The notes under the pieces are model-generated. The model had not been told where the DNA came from. It did not search any database and saw only the letters and a program-made list of their open reading frames with translations. The position numbers and the translations under genes were made by a program. A stretch of DNA of 63,633 bases, the filler included, from Circinaria calcarea (taxonomy: Eukaryota), in the NCBI GenBank assembly GCA_051942165.1. It is 9 parts of 9 records of this genome, joined end to end, with 100 filler letters (N's around TTAATTAATTAA, not from the genome) between each part and the next. Parts side by side here need not be neighbours in the genome. Positions count along the whole stretch, not along the records: positions 35,423 to 42,404 come from JAVECS010001442.1; positions 42,505 to 49,485 come from JAVECS010001443.1; positions 49,586 to 56,563 come from JAVECS010001444.1; 6 more parts are not named here. One strand, written 5' to 3'. This document shows positions 36,261-50,609 of the stretch, piece by piece (position 1 is the first letter of the stretch; every line of letters begins with the position of its first letter).

Positions 36261-39200
36261 ATGTTAATTTCTGATCAGGAGCGGCGACTTTGCCGTCTGC
36301 TTCGTGACCTACCTGCCGAGCACAACAATCGCTATGGGAAAGAGGCAATCCAGGCACTTCAAAAACTACTCTTCCATTCGCTAGTCAATAATAACGATCA
36401 GTACCTTTCTATCTTGTTTAACAATCAGATCCCAAAAGAACGTGAAAACTGGATCTTACGGGAGGCACAAGGTGCTGCTGATGGCGCGGAGTACACAGAA
36501 GCAGCGAGGGGGAAGCCATGCGGTCACATATTCAAAAGTGGCGAGGCAACGTACCGGTGCAAGACGTGTACATTAGATGATACGTGTGTGCTGTGCAGTC
36601 GATGCTTCGAAGCATCGGATCATCTCGGACACATGGTCTATGTCAACATATCACCCGGGAACAGCGGTTGTTGTGATTGTGGAGACGAGGAGGCATGGAG
36701 ACTGCCAGTCAACTGCGCCATTCATTCTGCCAATGGATCAAATGCGTCGGGAAAGAGAAAGGAGCCTGCGAAGTTTCCAGAGGACTTGATAGAAAGCATC
36801 AAGATGACTATTGGTCGAGCTATCGACTACATGTGCGATGTAATTTCATGCTCACCCGAACAGCTACGCTTGCACAAGACGGAGGAAACTATCAGGCAGG
36901 ACGAAGTCTTGTCTCGGCTGACCTCGAGATGGTACGGAGAGGGCGATGAGCCCGAGAAGGATCCAGAATTTGCCCTTATTCTCTGGAACGATGAAAAACA
37001 CACCGTACACGAGGTAGAAAATCAAGTGGCTCGAGCGTGCAAAGCCCCAAAGGCTTTCGGTTTGAGCAAGGCTAGAGAGACAGACGACATAGGACGGAGC
37101 GTTGTCACATATTCCCGAAACCCTCTGGAGTTATTGAGGATAGCCAACATAATCGAGAACATTAAGATTACTGTGACGATACGATCTGCAAGGGATACAT
37201 TTCGGGAGCAAATGTGCAGCACCATCATCGAATGGCTGGTCGATATTTCAGGCTGCAGTGTCGGCGAAGATCATAATATACTGAAGCAGACGATCTGCAA
37301 AGAGATGCTCAAAAGCTGGCGGACAGGTAGCGAAGCGTCAAACGCCGCGGTTGGAAAACGTGGTATTGATGACCATGAGCTAGACGAGTCTGCGGAGATG
37401 AGGGAAATGGTGATTGGGCGGATCCCGACTGAGAATATGGTGGTTGTGGATTTAGTGAACTCCAATGAAGACAACGACTCGGATCATGAGAACGCTAACG
37501 CAGACGACGAGGATAGTCAGACCGTGGACGGGGACCAAGAGGACTTGATGGAGTTGGATCTGGACCTAATGTCGTCCGACCCAGATCCGGATGGCGATTT
37601 CGACATGAGGGCTGCCGGAGAACCTGAGGATAACCTAGAGATATCGGAGGCAACGATAGCAGGGTACCCTCCGCCTCCGCCTCCGCCACCACCTCCACTA
37701 CAGTCACTCATGGGAGGTCGTACCCATAATCGTACTGCATCCAGAGATAGCGGTGACACCTTGAGACTGACACGAATGTCGTCAAGAGCAAATGTCGAGG
37801 TCCCCAAGACTCCATATTCCTACGTCCGAGGCGTACACGCAAGACCACCTTGGTACTGGTTGGACCAACCCAATCCCAAAATGGTAAACGTGCCCCTTTG
37901 TGAGGATATCCGCCAGCGAGTAAGGCTGGACTGGATGATCTTATTCGACTTGCGACTATGGAAACGGGCAAGAGTGAATCTTCGTGACCTTTACATCAGT
38001 ACCGTTGTTACCGTTCCTGAATTCAAGCGGATCTTGGGTTTGAGGTTTGCTGGGCTCTACACTGTTCTAGCTCAGCTATACTTAATTGCCGATCGCGAGC
38101 CCGACCATTCCATCATCTACCTGTCTCTGCAAATGCTTACAACGCCATCCATTACCAAAGAGATCGTGGAGAAAGGGAACTTCTTGACTAACCTCATTGC
38201 CATCTTGTACACATTTCTCACAACTCGTCAGGTCGGCCAGCCATGGGATGTCTCCCCCAACGCCACCCTGGCTTTTGATGCCGGATCAGTCACCAACCGG
38301 CGGATGTATCATTTTTTCATGGACTTAAAACACCTGTTCGCGTCGGAATGTGTGCAAGAGAAGCTCCGCAAGGACGAGCGATATGTCCTCCAATTCCTCG
38401 ATCTCATTAAGCTTCCACAGGGTATCTGTCCCAATGTTAGAGCTGTGGGCGAACATGTTGAATACGAGACCGATGCCTGGATCAGCGCCTCTCTCCTGAC
38501 AAGGGAGATTAATAGATTATGCCGACAATTCACCGAGGCCTTTAAATGGCGACGCGGTGAGGATCCTGTGAGCATATCCAAAGTCATTCGACTCATTGCA
38601 AAGGCCACCATCATTAACTCAGTAGGAGCTGACCGTGGACGTTTTGACCAAGCTGAGATCAAGAAAGAAATGCGGTTCAAGAAGTTAAACCTAGTCAGCT
38701 TTGGCGCCGAGTCTGACAGAGATCCTCTTGGGAAAGATCAGGAGCAGGTGCAGTATGATGTGGTTGATTTTGTGGTTGAGAAAGAGCCTATCAGTTTTCA
38801 CCATGCTTTGCATTATACTTTATCTTGGCTTATAGACGGGGCCAAGAGCATGACTCGGGAACAACTACACAGCCTCTTAGAGTTTCAACTAAAAGATTTG
38901 AAGGATTCCCCGGCGACAAAGGCTGCCATACCAAATTTCGAACCTGAGACCTACCTCATTGCTCTATTCGATTATCCATTACGGGTGTGCGCTTGGTTGG
39001 CTCAAATGAAGGCAGGCATGTGGGTTCGAAATGGACTTAGTCTCCGCCATCAAATGAGCACTTACCGCGGAGTCGCCCAGCGGGATTTAGCCCATCATCG
39101 GGACATATTTTTACTACAGACCGCAATGGTGATTTGTGACCCAACTCGGATTCTGGCCTCCGTGGTTGATAGGTTCGGCATGGAAGATTGGATTAACGGT

Positions 39201-42200
39201 ACTTATATAGTCCGTAAAGGCTATGAAGATACCCAGCATTTGGACGTAGCGGAGGATTTTGTCCATCTAATGATCGTATTGCTCAGTGATCGCACCTCAC
39301 TACAGCCACTTGAGGACGAGCCGAACCCTCAGGCATTTGCGATTCGCCGTGACATTGCACACATCTTGTGCTTCAAGCCACTATCGTTTTCGGACTTGTG
39401 TAGTCGACTGGCCGAGAAGTTCCAGGACTTGGAGGAGTTTCAAGATATCCTGGAGGAGATGACAAATTTTAAAGCCCCCGAAGGCTTGTCAGACTCCGGG
39501 ACCTTTGAACTCAAACAGGAGTTTTTAGCAGAAATCGATCCATACATAGCGCACTACACCAAGAACCAGCGTGATGAAGCCGAAACAGCATTCCGGACAT
39601 GGACATCCAAGAAAATCGGAAAGCCAATGTCTGAAGTTGTTTATGAACCCAAATTCCGCCCTATTAAATCCGGGATTTTTGCCGACCTATCCTCGTTCAC
39701 TCGGACCTTGCTGTTTACTCAGATCATTTACTATTCTCTGAATTATGCTTTACATGCCAAGCATCCCGCACAGAACATACCCACAACTCGAATCGAAGCC
39801 TTCCTCCAGGTGGTCCTGCACCTTGTCCTTGCCGCAGTTCTCGAAGACCACACCGATGAGGACGATATCACCAGTGACTCTCCTATGTCTTTTGTTCATA
39901 ACTGTCTTTACAAAAGCGCTGGACCGAATCAAGGTCCTCATGCAACGGTATTTGGATCTCTTCAACGGCTTTTCCGGATAGATGAATACCAGGCATGTCA
40001 TGCAAAGATTCGCCTCATCCTAATTCGTATGAAGCAAAAGCGACCTCGTTCATGCGCTAGAATAACGGCTTCAATGGGTCTTCCAGTGGACTTAATTGGC
40101 ACGGATTCACCAATGGCCATCTCCTCTGAAGACCTTGAAAATAAGAAGAGGCAAGCTTTAGACAGGCAGGCAAAGGTGATGGCACAGTTTCAGCAGCAGC
40201 AACAAGCATTCTTGGAGCAGCAAGCGTTCGACTGGGGTGATGAGGAGGACGACGATGTAGAGTCTATTGCAACCGGATACACAGAGGAGCATAAGCAGAT
40301 TTGGAAGTATCCCTCCGGAAACTGTATCCTATGCCAAGAAGAGACCAACGATACGCGTCTATATGGTACGTTTGCTATGATGATGGATAGCAGTATTTTG
40401 CGACAGACAGATCTCGAAGATCCAGATTTTATTGGAGAAGTTACCACCACGCCATCAAGTCTGGACAGATCCGCAGAGTATATTAGACCATTTGGTGTTG
40501 GTGGTCAGAATCGGGGCCAGATACGAAAGCTTGCGTCTGACGGACATGAGGTGATTGCCGAACGGCAGGGGCTTGGGAAAGGGTTTCCATCATCGCTATG
40601 CCTTCAAGGCCCCGTCTCTACCGGTTGTGGCCACATTATGCACTACACATGCTTTGAGCTCTACTACAGTGCAACCCAGCGTCGACAGAATCATCAAATA
40701 GCGCGTAATCATCCAGAGAGACTAGAGTTCAAGGAGTTTGTTTGCCCACTTTGCAAGGCCTTGGGCAACACATTCATGCCCATCATATGGAAGGGAAAAG
40801 AAGAAATCTACCCTGGCGTTCTCCAGACAGATCAAGGGTTCGATGAGTGGCTTCACTCTAACGTCGGGATCACCGTATCACGGTTCCATAAGTATGCCAT
40901 GGGGGAAGAAAGCAAATCTGCCAACACTCGGCACGTGGAATTGTTCACGCACTATGCTACCAGAGCTGTAATCCCACCACTTGCCCAGAGAATGGCACAG
41001 GTTGCGTTATTCGATCAGTCCAGCCCAATCTCCCCACAACAGTCGAGCAGAGCCAGAATACCTGGCTTCTTCCCTGATGAAGATAGTCTTACATCGCCCA
41101 ATCATACTTTGCCATCGGAAGCTCTTGCGACCGACGAGCTTTTCTCGGTTTACGGCCGTATTAGGGATACAATCAGGAAGAATGAACTTGCTTCTAGATT
41201 CCCGTATCCACCACCAATGTCTAATTTTCCCGATGACCTGACACATTCGGATGCCCTTGCTAGAGCCCTCGGATTTTCGATATCCGCTACAGAAATTGCC
41301 CAGCGAGGTGTGGGATCGGAACCCGGATCAACACTGCTGAACAAGGTCTCGCCACTCACATTGACCCATCTCCGTATACTATCGGAGACAGCTTCGTCCT
41401 ATATTGCAGTTGGTGCCTTGCGACCTTCAGGAGGCAACAAAACTAACCAAGAGTTTCTTGAGACGCATAGCCGCCAGCTACTGCAGCTCTTTGGCGGTCA
41501 TCCACAAATATATGGTAGCGATGATGTTCCCTGGACCAAGACCACATCTCCCGTACCGGCAGCTTTGGCACAAGACTCGTTTGTACTTCTCACGGAGTGC
41601 TCAATATATCTTGTGCCTGCTTTGAATTTGGATATGCACCATGTCATCCGATTATGTTATCTCCTAGAGCTTGTCAAGGTGGTTCTGGCATTGTACTGCA
41701 AAGCCGGTATGCCTAGTTCGTGGCCTGTTGTCCCGATTCTAGCAAGTAAAGCCAACTTCAGCTCTGAAACCCTTACCGCTTTCAAGAATTTCATGGGCTG
41801 CGTAAGAAGCTTCGGAGACCCTGCTGGATCATCGATAGATATGAGTGCATCGAGCCCTCAACTTTTACGTGAGCTTTGCACGGTTGTCTCCACCTACGCG
41901 CTCCCGTTCCTCCGCAAGGCAGTTATATTGCTCCACGTACGCTATGGCGTAGATTTCCCAAACACGGGGCTCGTGGATTTTGAAGAACCAGAAACGGACA
42001 GGTTGACAAAGGCGTTGCATCTACCAAGCTTAACCGAAATGTTTGCATCAGTTGGAAAACCTGAAGCTGGCGTCGAAATGAGTGTGCTGCAGTCTATAGT
42101 CTGTGGCTGGATCAACCACTGGAGGTGGATGTTAGACACCGATCCGTTCAAACGAATGGCGTTGATTGGTATTCGTCCCAGTCATCCGGCAATCTTTGAG

Positions 42201-42404
42201 CTTATAGGTTTACCGAAGCAATACGACACCTTGATCGACGAAATGATGCGGAGGCGCTGTCCTACGACCGGAAAAGACCTGACAGATCCATGTCTATGCC
42301 TCTTCTGCGGGGATATCTTCTGCAGTCAAGCAAACTGCTGTAATAAAAACAAACTTGGAGGCTGCAACCAACATATTCAAAAGTAAGACTACTTCTATTC
42401 ATTA
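36261..42404 (+). CDS. UBR1: N-recognin E3 ubiquitin ligase Ubr1 (3' truncated at an intron)
   Basis: UBR box CGHIFKSGEATYRCKTC..DDTCVLC..CF..SDH..GCCDCGD, ClpS-like LWNDEKH, RING CILCQE...CGHIMH..C...CPLCK, C-terminal CLCLFCG. Confidence 0.97.
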
Positions 42405-42504
42405 NNNNNNNNNNNNNNNNNNNNNNNNNNNNNNNNNNNNNNNNNNNNTTAATTAATTAANNNNNNNNNNNNNNNNNNNNNNNNNNNNNNNNNNNNNNNN
42501 NNNN
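42405..42504. other. Artificial contig linker
   Basis: 44 N + TTAATTAATTAA + 44 N. Confidence 0.99.
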
Positions 42505-42508
42505 TAGC

Positions 42509-43210
42509 TCAAGAGGTCTGATTTGCAACTAGACGCTTATTTTGGGCATCTCTCAACCTCATCATGGTGCTCTCCAAAAGGCTCGGACCCCCGGCCGCCG
42601 TCGCCCGAAATGGCGATCCTGTATCCGTAGGATGTGTAGCTAGCGGCCCCCGGACGTTCGTTCTATGTGGGGTATCGGGACTGGGCGTTTTGGTGGAGGT
42701 GGTAGGGCTGATGGGAGTGGTTGTGGGGATTTTGGTGGTTGTGTTGTTGGGGGAGGGCGACTGCTCATCTCGGAGTTCTTTTATCAAAGCCTCATTCCTC
42801 AACTCCCTCCTTCTCTTGCCATCCTCGGCCAATCGCCTTAACTCATTGACAGACTCATCTTCCTCTCTCCTTCTCTTCAGCCCTCTTTCCCTGCTCTCCA
42901 ACTCCTCCTTCAATGTTTTTCTCTTTCCTTCAAATAGCTCGTTCTGCCTCTTCTTCTGGTCCCGTGCAGTCCGTGCATTGTCGTAGAGTGCTTTCAAGGT
43001 AGGCTCGGAGAGGATTTCGTGACCGATTTTCGCTAGGTGGAATTTCTCCTTGGCCACCGGATCCGTACCAACTTTGTCAGGATGATATTTTAGGGCCGTT
43101 CTGCGAAAAGCTCGGTCAAGATCATGCTGTGAGGTTTCGTGAGACACACCGAGGAGGTCGTAGAAATCTGTAGTCGAAGTGGCATAGGCTTTTAAGTCAT
43201 CAGAAGACAT
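42509..43210 (-). CDS. CWC23: J-domain splicing factor Cwc23/Cwf23-like
   Basis: MSSDDLKAYA..DFYDLLGV...RRTALKYHPDK...YDNAR, coiled coil LKEELESRER/RRLAEDGKRRR, C-terminal SLLESTMMRLRDAQ. Confidence 0.8.
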   Translation of the reverse strand: MSSDDLKAYATSTTDFYDLLGVSHETSQHDLDRAFRRTALKYHPDKVGTDPVAKEKFHLAKIGHEILSEPTLKALYDNARTARDQKKRQNELFEGKRKTLKEELESRERGLKRRREEDESVNELRRLAEDGKRRRELRNEALIKELRDEQSPSPNNTTTKIPTTTPISPTTSTKTPSPDTPHRTNVRGPLATHPTDTGSPFRATAAGGPSLLESTMMRLRDAQNKRLVANQTS

Positions 43211-43473
43211 ATCGATGTGGGTTATGCCGCGTGATAGGATCGAGGATTTTCTGATGCAAAGTGACTTTTATCAATGCGACTGAACAGCACAGGCGAAGAC
43301 TTCCCAGTGATTACATGGAAGAGTGAGCATTAAGTTATTAGTGGATGATGAGGCGCGCTCAGGCAGCCACTCATTAAATGTCTGTGCGCAGTCCAACACG
43401 AACAGTTATCCCAGGGGCAAAGGGCGCCACACTTTGGTATATTGTACTTGTTGTTCTTACTACAGAGACTACA

Positions 43474-44853
43474 TCAGGATCCACCCGCCATCCTACGCTT
43501 TGCTTCTTTCCTCCGTGCGAGCTGGCACTTCAAGGCCCCGAGCCACCGCGCCAATGCTTCTTCGCTCGTGGCACAAAACCGATAGCTCTTGTCCTCGGCA
43601 ATGATTTGCATACAATGTGATTTGCTCTTCGATATAGGATCAATTTCAACAGCACTGATAATGTTCGACAATGGGATAAGAAGGAGTGCCGCATATTCCT
43701 GTAACTGTTAGCAGAGCGAGAGATGCATCGAATCAGCCGTGACTTTACCTCTTCGTTCTTGTACAACGTAAGATTCTTCGGCCGGAGGACGGCCCACAGC
43801 TTCTTCCATTGCTTGACTCCTCCTTTCGATTTCAGGCATAGGAGATAACCATGCCATATGACACGTTCTTCATCCTTGTCGATGGGTAGCACACTTGTCT
43901 GGCTGGTGTTCTGTCGCACTTCCGGCTTCCCAGGTGGTGCTGTCTGGCTCGATGCAGCAGGAATATTTCCTTCAGAAAAATCGCGAGTCCTTGGATTGGA
44001 TGAGGGCCTGGATGAATTGTGACCGTAAAAGGGCGCAGGACTAGAATCAGAAAAGTCTGAATAGGAACCCAACTCATTTCCAGAGTAGGTGAGATCGTGT
44101 ACTGAATGCCTCTGTATGCCGGGTATTGGGATACCATCGCGGGTCGTCGAGGGTCGTGACGAAGGATACGCCGGCTCCGGAGAGCTTGAAGCCATACGGT
44201 CTGGGTCTGAATAATTAAACTCTTCGGCGCTTTGAGCCGCATGTCCCAGGCTTTGGTATACATTATTCTGTGCCAAGGGAGCGCTGAGAGCCATCTCTAG
44301 CTCATCCTCGTCAATACGCGATTCCCCCCGAATCATCTCTACCCATTCTCGTGCATCTTGGGCATTGTCGGCTTGGAAATGATAGTTTCGCGAAGGAGAG
44401 AATAAGCCGAACAGATGCTGTCTCCGTCCTTTGGGATCTTTTAACGAAGCGACGGCTGTAAGGTCGGACAGGTTGATTTGCTTATGCAGCCGTGCTTCGG
44501 AGGAATTCTTGTACATGGAAAGGAGGTTTGGGCGAAGGACTAGATAGAATCTCTTCCATTGCTAAGAGTAAAGTCAGCAGTGGAGCCCTTCCGTTGAAAT
44601 CCACACAACGTACCTTGGTTTTCCTTGTCCGCTTATACACCTCCCCGCTCTTGAGTACTCGATCAAATTCAAAGCTCCCATTTTGGTTAACGGGGGAGAA
44701 GACATCCAGGCTGAGATGCCCGCTGCGTGCACTACGCGGTTCGGGTATCATGACGGGAGCAGCTGGTAAGCTGGGTGTGGGATGAGGCCCGGGCATCCGC
44801 TTGGGCTGGACGAACGGGGGCCCAGCAGCTATGGGCGAAAGAACCTCTGTCAT
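43474..44853 (-). CDS. OPY1: Tandem PH-domain protein (Opy1-like); 2 introns
   Basis: SPVNQNGSFEFDRVLKSGEVYKRTRKTK|QWKRFYLVLRPNLL; second PH domain IWHGYLLCLKSKGGVKQWKKLWAVLRPKNL...HCMQIIAEDKSYRFCA..EEALARWLGALK. Confidence 0.8.
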
Positions 44854-45664
44854 GTCGGCGATCCTAGTTGCCTGAAAGGCTGTAACTCAATGAAATGACG
44901 ATACGGAATGACGACTGAAAAGGTTGTCCCTGCGGACGTGGATGACCGAATATTGTGATCAGTAAGGGACAATACGACTGTCGTTACCGATGTGACCCTT
45001 TATGATTCCGAACACAAAGACAGAATTCGAAGCGGGCAGAAGTCGAGGAATAAAAGGGCTTCGACGCGTTAGTGGCCATTGAGAATTCGACTGCTCCGGG
45101 GCGGAAATAGAGTATCGGACTGATGCCCCTCACCACTGATCCCATTCGCTTTCAGTGGCGCTTTCCTCCCCCACAAAAGCTCGAGCCCCGCGGTACGAAG
45201 GGCTCCACCGAATCCACAATTCTGCCCTCTCGTTCCCGGGCACTAAACACCAAACAGGCGGCTAAGCAAGGATCCCGATCTGAAATCCGGGGTGAAACAG
45301 GACCCTTTGAGCCCTTGAAACGGAATGATGTGTTGCTCTGCTTCAGCCGAGATGCACGAAGAACCTCTTATAGAATAGGCACTTGCAGCATCTCCTTCGA
45401 CGAACCCACTTGGGGGAGAATTAGTCACGCTTGAATCAGAGTGCACAGTCAAGGCGATCTTACTATAATCTATAATAGGAGTTTGCGTTACAGCTGCGTT
45501 GACTCACGTTCGTCTCATTTAGTACGGAGCAGCTACTAAATGACGTCGCTGAATTTTTCTATCGCATCTCGCTCGGCGTGGCTGTCTAGGAGATATTCGG
45601 TGTTATCCTAGACTGCTTGTATTTACTTCCAACTACATCCCCTATTGTTCGCATTTTCCCCGAC

Positions 45665-48600
45665 ATGCCTGCAGTGAGCCCAGAAAAGCTTGTTGCGCTA
45701 CAACGCAATGCGGATGAAGTGCGGAATGTGCGTGCATCACGCTCTGCAGAGTAACCACTAAACTAATAGCCCGATAGATCTGCATCCTCGCACATGTCGT
45801 ATGTTTGGGCGGCGAGGAACTCTCCTGCTACCTACCTAACATCATACATAGGATCATGGCAAGACTTCGCTCACAGATGCCCTCATTGCCACCAACGGCA
45901 TCATCTCTCCCAAGCTTGCCGGCAAGATACGATACCTGGATTCTCGACCGGATGAACAGTTACGGGGCATCACAATGGAGTCCTCCGCCATCTCTCTGTT
46001 CTTCTCCATGTCGAGAAAATCGAGCCCCGAGGCTGCACCGCAGCAGAAGGACTATTTGATCAATCTGATAGATTCACCAGGGCACATTGACTTCAGCAGC
46101 GAGGTATCCACGGCTTCTCGCTTATGTGATGGTGCAGTAGTTCTGGTGGATGCTGTGGAGGGGGTGTGCAGTCAGACAGTAACTGTCCTGCGGCAAACGT
46201 GGATAGAGCACTTGAAACCAATCTTGGTTATCAACAAAATAGACAGGTTGATTACGGAGCTGAGAATGAGCCCAGGTGAGGCCTATACACACCTCAGTAA
46301 ACTTCTTGAGCAGGTCAATGCAGTTATTGGAAGCTTCTTTCAAGGCGAACGAATGGAAGAGGATCTTCAGTGGCGAGAGAAGGTAGAGGAGCGCGTCGCT
46401 GCTGCTGCTGCAAAGGAGCAGGAAAAAAGCGAGCGGCAGTCTGCAGCCTCAATAAATGGAGCACATTCAGAGGACCTGCCCGATAGCTTAGTGAACAGTA
46501 CAAATGGTGAATTCGAGGAAATGGATGACGAAGACCTTTACTTTGCCCCCGAGAAGAACAACGTTATTTTTGGCAGTGCTGTTGATGGGTGGGCTTTTAC
46601 AGTACGGCAGTTTGCGACTTTATATGAGAAGAAGTTGGGCATCAAACGTTCCATCTTGGAAAAAGTACTTTGGGGGGATTTCTACTTAGATCCCAAAACT
46701 AAAAGAGTGCTCAGTTCGAAGCATCTTAAGGGTCGCGCACTTAAACCGATGTTTGTTCAGCTAGTCTTGGATAACATATGGGCCGTATATGAAGCTACTA
46801 CCGGAGGTAATAAGGGGAAAGGGTGTGTGGATCTCTCAATGTCTGGTTATACAGGAAATCTCTTACATGTGGCTCACAATTTGATTCTCTTAGTGATCCG
46901 GTCATGGTGGAGAAAATCACCAAATCTCTCTCTTTGACAATACCACTTCACATCCTTCGTTCAAGGGATCCTCGGGCTCTGCTGATGACGGTTTTCGCAG
47001 CATGGCTCCCTCTATCAACAGCTCTGCTTGTATCCGTCATTGAGCATCTTCCACCTCCAGCGGTAGCGCAGGCCAGTCGTCTACCAGCACTTATAAATGC
47101 GTCGCCAGGATTCGTTCACGTAAGTTCTACGGTGCGGGATGCGATGATTGGTTTCAAGACTTCTCGCAATGATCCAGTGGTGGCATATGTGAGTAAAATG
47201 GTAGCCGTCCGAGCAAGTGAGCTACCAGAAAACAAACGAAAAGGTAATGCTACCTTGAGTGCCGAAGAAGCTCGTGATATGGCTAGAAAGAAGCGTGCAG
47301 AAGTAACCAAGGCGCAAGCGGCTGCGAATGGTGAGGCTTCAAATGGAGTTAATGGTATCACTGAGGCGCTTGGAAATACAGCAATTGGGAATGACAGCGA
47401 TGATATAGATGCTACTGTGCAAGAGGCGGACGACCCCGAGCATCTTATAGGTTTTGCCCGTCTTTACTCCGGGACCCTTACAGTCGGGGACACAGTATAC
47501 GTGCTGCCTCCAAAATTTACGCCTGCAACTCCACGTGCACTACCAGAGCCCCAAAAAGTTACCGTCACTGCATTATATCTACTTATGGGTCGAGGCTTGG
47601 AGCCGTTGACATCGGTTCCCGCAGGCGTCGTCTTCGGCATAGGAGGACTAGAGGGTCACATCTTCAAGTCAGGAACGCTTTGCAGTCAGCTAGAAGGTAG
47701 TGTCAATCTTGCAGGAGTAAGCATGGGAAGTCAACCTATTGTTCGTGTGGCTTTGGAGCCTACCAATCCTGCTGATCTAGACAAAATGATCGCTGGTATG
47801 CGCCTGCTGGAGCAAAGTGATCCTTGTGCACAATATGAAGTGCTTGAAAGCGGAGAGCATGTTATTCTGACAGCAGGAGAATTACATCTTGAGAGGTGCC
47901 TTAAGGATCTCCGTGAACGATTCGCGAGATGTGATATCCAAGCCGGTGAACCAATTGTACCGTATAGGGAAACCATTGTTAGTGCAGCCGAGATGGCACC
48001 ACCAAGGGACAAGGATCTCCCTCGAGGTACAGTCGTTGGGGTAACAACATCTAAGCAAGTGACTATCCGATTACGGGTAAGACCACTACCTCGACCGGTG
48101 ATGGAATTCTTGGAGAAGAACGCTGGCGCTGTTAGGAGGTTATACGCCGAAAGGAAAGCCGAAGAAGACTTGAGGCGGGGAATCGAAAATGGAGCGGACG
48201 AGAAGACAGAGGTTGTTGCTAATGGTCAGATAGATGCAGTGAGGTCCGATCTACTCTCCCTAAAAGACTTTAGGAAAGCCTTGGACGAGGTTTTTGTGGA
48301 ACAAGGTCCTTCGGAAACGTGGTCGAATGTCGTTGAGAATATTGTTGCCTTTGGGCCTCGAAGAACGGGGCCTAATCTGCTAATAGATAGTACCAATTTA
48401 AAAGTTTGTCGGAGATTGTAAGTTGTTCCTCTCGTTCTGACCGAGACATGGCACAGCAACGCTGACTTCAGTCCCCTAGCTTGCAAGAAGAAAGCGAAAC
48501 TCCAATTTCCAACAGCCAGACAGACCCATCACTGAACATTATCACTGCCAATGACCTGTCCGACAAGATAGCCTATGCATTTCAGCTCGCTACTGCGCAA

Positions 48601-49302
48601 GGTCCATTGTGCAATGAGCCAGTTCAAGGCATCGCTGTATTTTTGGAGGAAGTTTCCGTCTCCACGTCCTCTGACGATGAGTCCTCCACCCGAGACAATC
48701 TTGGCCGATTAACCGGTGAGGTCATTAAAACAGTCCGAGACTTCATCAGACAAGGCTTCCTCGACTGGAGTCCACGGCTCATGCTAGCAATGTACAGTTG
48801 CGAAATCCAAGCCTCCAGTATGTTCCCCCCTCCCCACACTACCACTTTAACATCCCCAACCCTACACTGCTATTCTAATATCCCCTTCCCTATATTACCA
48901 CTCTAACATCCCCTTCCAGCCGAAGTCCTCGGCCGCGTTTACGGCGTCATCACCCGCCGCCGCGGCCGCATCCTCTCCGAATCCCTTAAAGAAGGCACCC
49001 CCTTCTTCACCATCCTCTCCCTCCTCCCCGTTGCCGAGTCCTTTGGCTTCAGCGACGAGATCCGCAAACGCACCTCGGGCGCCGCGTCCCCGCAGCTGAT
49101 CTTCCAAGGCTTCGAGTTGCTGGACGAGGATCCGTTCTGGGTGCCGTTTACGGAGGACGAGCTGGAGGATCTAGGCGAGCTGGCGGATCGTGAGAATGTG
49201 GCGAAGCGGTATATGGACGCGGTGAGGGTCCGGAAAGGGTTGGCGGTGAAGGGGAGGAAGCTGGTCAAGGATGCGGAGAAGCAGAAGACGTTGAAGAGGT
49301 AG
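45665..49302 (+). CDS. RIA1: EF-2-like ribosome maturation GTPase Ria1/Efl1; 5 introns
   Basis: RN|ICILAHV|DHGKTSL (G1), [79 protein letters not shown]. Confidence 0.96.
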
Positions 49303-49485
49303 AATTGAGTTTGGGGGTCTCTTGTGGAAATTGTATTTCTTTTCATCTAGAATCTTACTTTCCAAAAATGCCGCCAGTTGAAACCCGGAGATGCAAAAAT
49401 CTGTTCGCGCAACCGTTATCATTTCCCTTGCCATGTTTATCCTCCTATTCTTCCCTATTCCCTTTCCCATTTCCCTCCCCCTCCC

Positions 49486-49585
49486 NNNNNNNNNNNNNNN
49501 NNNNNNNNNNNNNNNNNNNNNNNNNNNNNTTAATTAATTAANNNNNNNNNNNNNNNNNNNNNNNNNNNNNNNNNNNNNNNNNNNN
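49486..49585. other. Artificial contig linker
   Basis: 44 N + TTAATTAATTAA + 44 N. Confidence 0.99.
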
Positions 49586-49627
49586 TTTCTACGCATGCTA
49601 TATTGACTGACGCTGCTTGGGCCCAAG

Positions 49628-50609
49628 GTAAACGTAAAGCAAATCGCAGAGATGGGCGCATATGTCAAACTACTAGAATACGACAACATTGACGGCATGA
49701 TACTACTCTCAGAGCTCTCGCGACGCCGAATACGAAGTATACAGAAACTCATTCGGGTGGGGCGGAATGAAGTGGTCGTGGTATTGAGGGTGGACAAGGA
49801 GAAGGGTAAGGGAGTGCATACCACAGGCAAATGCTGAGGGAACTAATGGAACGAGTTTCACAGGCTATATAGATCTTTCAAAGCGGAGAGTCTCACCAGA
49901 AGATATCGTCAAGTGTGAAGAGAAATTCAATAAAGGGAAGATGGTAGCTTCAATTATGCGCCATGTTGCCGAGAAGACCCAGACGCCCATGGAAACCCTC
50001 TATTCGGAGATCGGTTGGCCCCTGAACAAGAAGTATGGGAATGCGCTTGACGCTTTCAAGATGTCGATCACGTATGCCGCCCCCTCAGTTATTTTGTGGT
50101 TGGCACATCTGACAAACTATAGAAACCCTGACGTATGGAGGGAAGTAACTTTCCCGAGCGATGTCGTTAAGAACGAAATACAATCATATATTGGAAAGCG
50201 CCTTACACCCCAGCCTACTAAAGTTAGGGCCGATGTTGAGGTTACCTGTTTCGGCTACGAAGGGATAGATGCTGTAAAGAATGCGTTACGCGCCGCAGAG
50301 GCACACAACACCCCTGAGACACAAGTTAAAGTCAAGCTCGTCTCACCGCCACTCTACGTCTTAACATCGCAGTGCTTGGAGAAGCATACTGGCATCACGA
50401 CGCTAGAACTTGCGATCAAAGAAATCGCTGGCAATATTCGGGCAAATGGAGGGGATTGTGTAACTAGGATGGCACCAAAAGCGGTAACGGAGAACGACGA
50501 TGCCGAACTGCAGGCACTGATGGAGAAGCGAGAAAGGGAGAACCAAGAGGTCAGTGGAGATGAGAGTATGAGCGAAAGTGACGAGGGAGTGGTGGCAGAG
50601 ACAATGTGA
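49628..50609 (+). CDS. SUI2: Translation initiation factor eIF2-alpha (5' truncated)
   Basis: [43 protein letters not shown] (Ser51 loop), [32 protein letters not shown]. Confidence 0.97.

Noticed and set aside
37500..37700. Acidic and poly-proline tract in UBR1 as a novel insertion
   Set aside because: Low-complexity linker of a kind common in large fungal proteins; nothing marks it as special
45549..45575. RRPE/PAC-like motifs upstream of RIA1
   Set aside because: Only partial matches (TGAATTTTTC, CTATCGC); too degenerate to support
50071..50122. In-frame stop-free introns (SUI2, permease, GH32) as regulated intron retention
   Set aside because: Short introns are often 3n and stop-free by chance; there is no transcript evidence here
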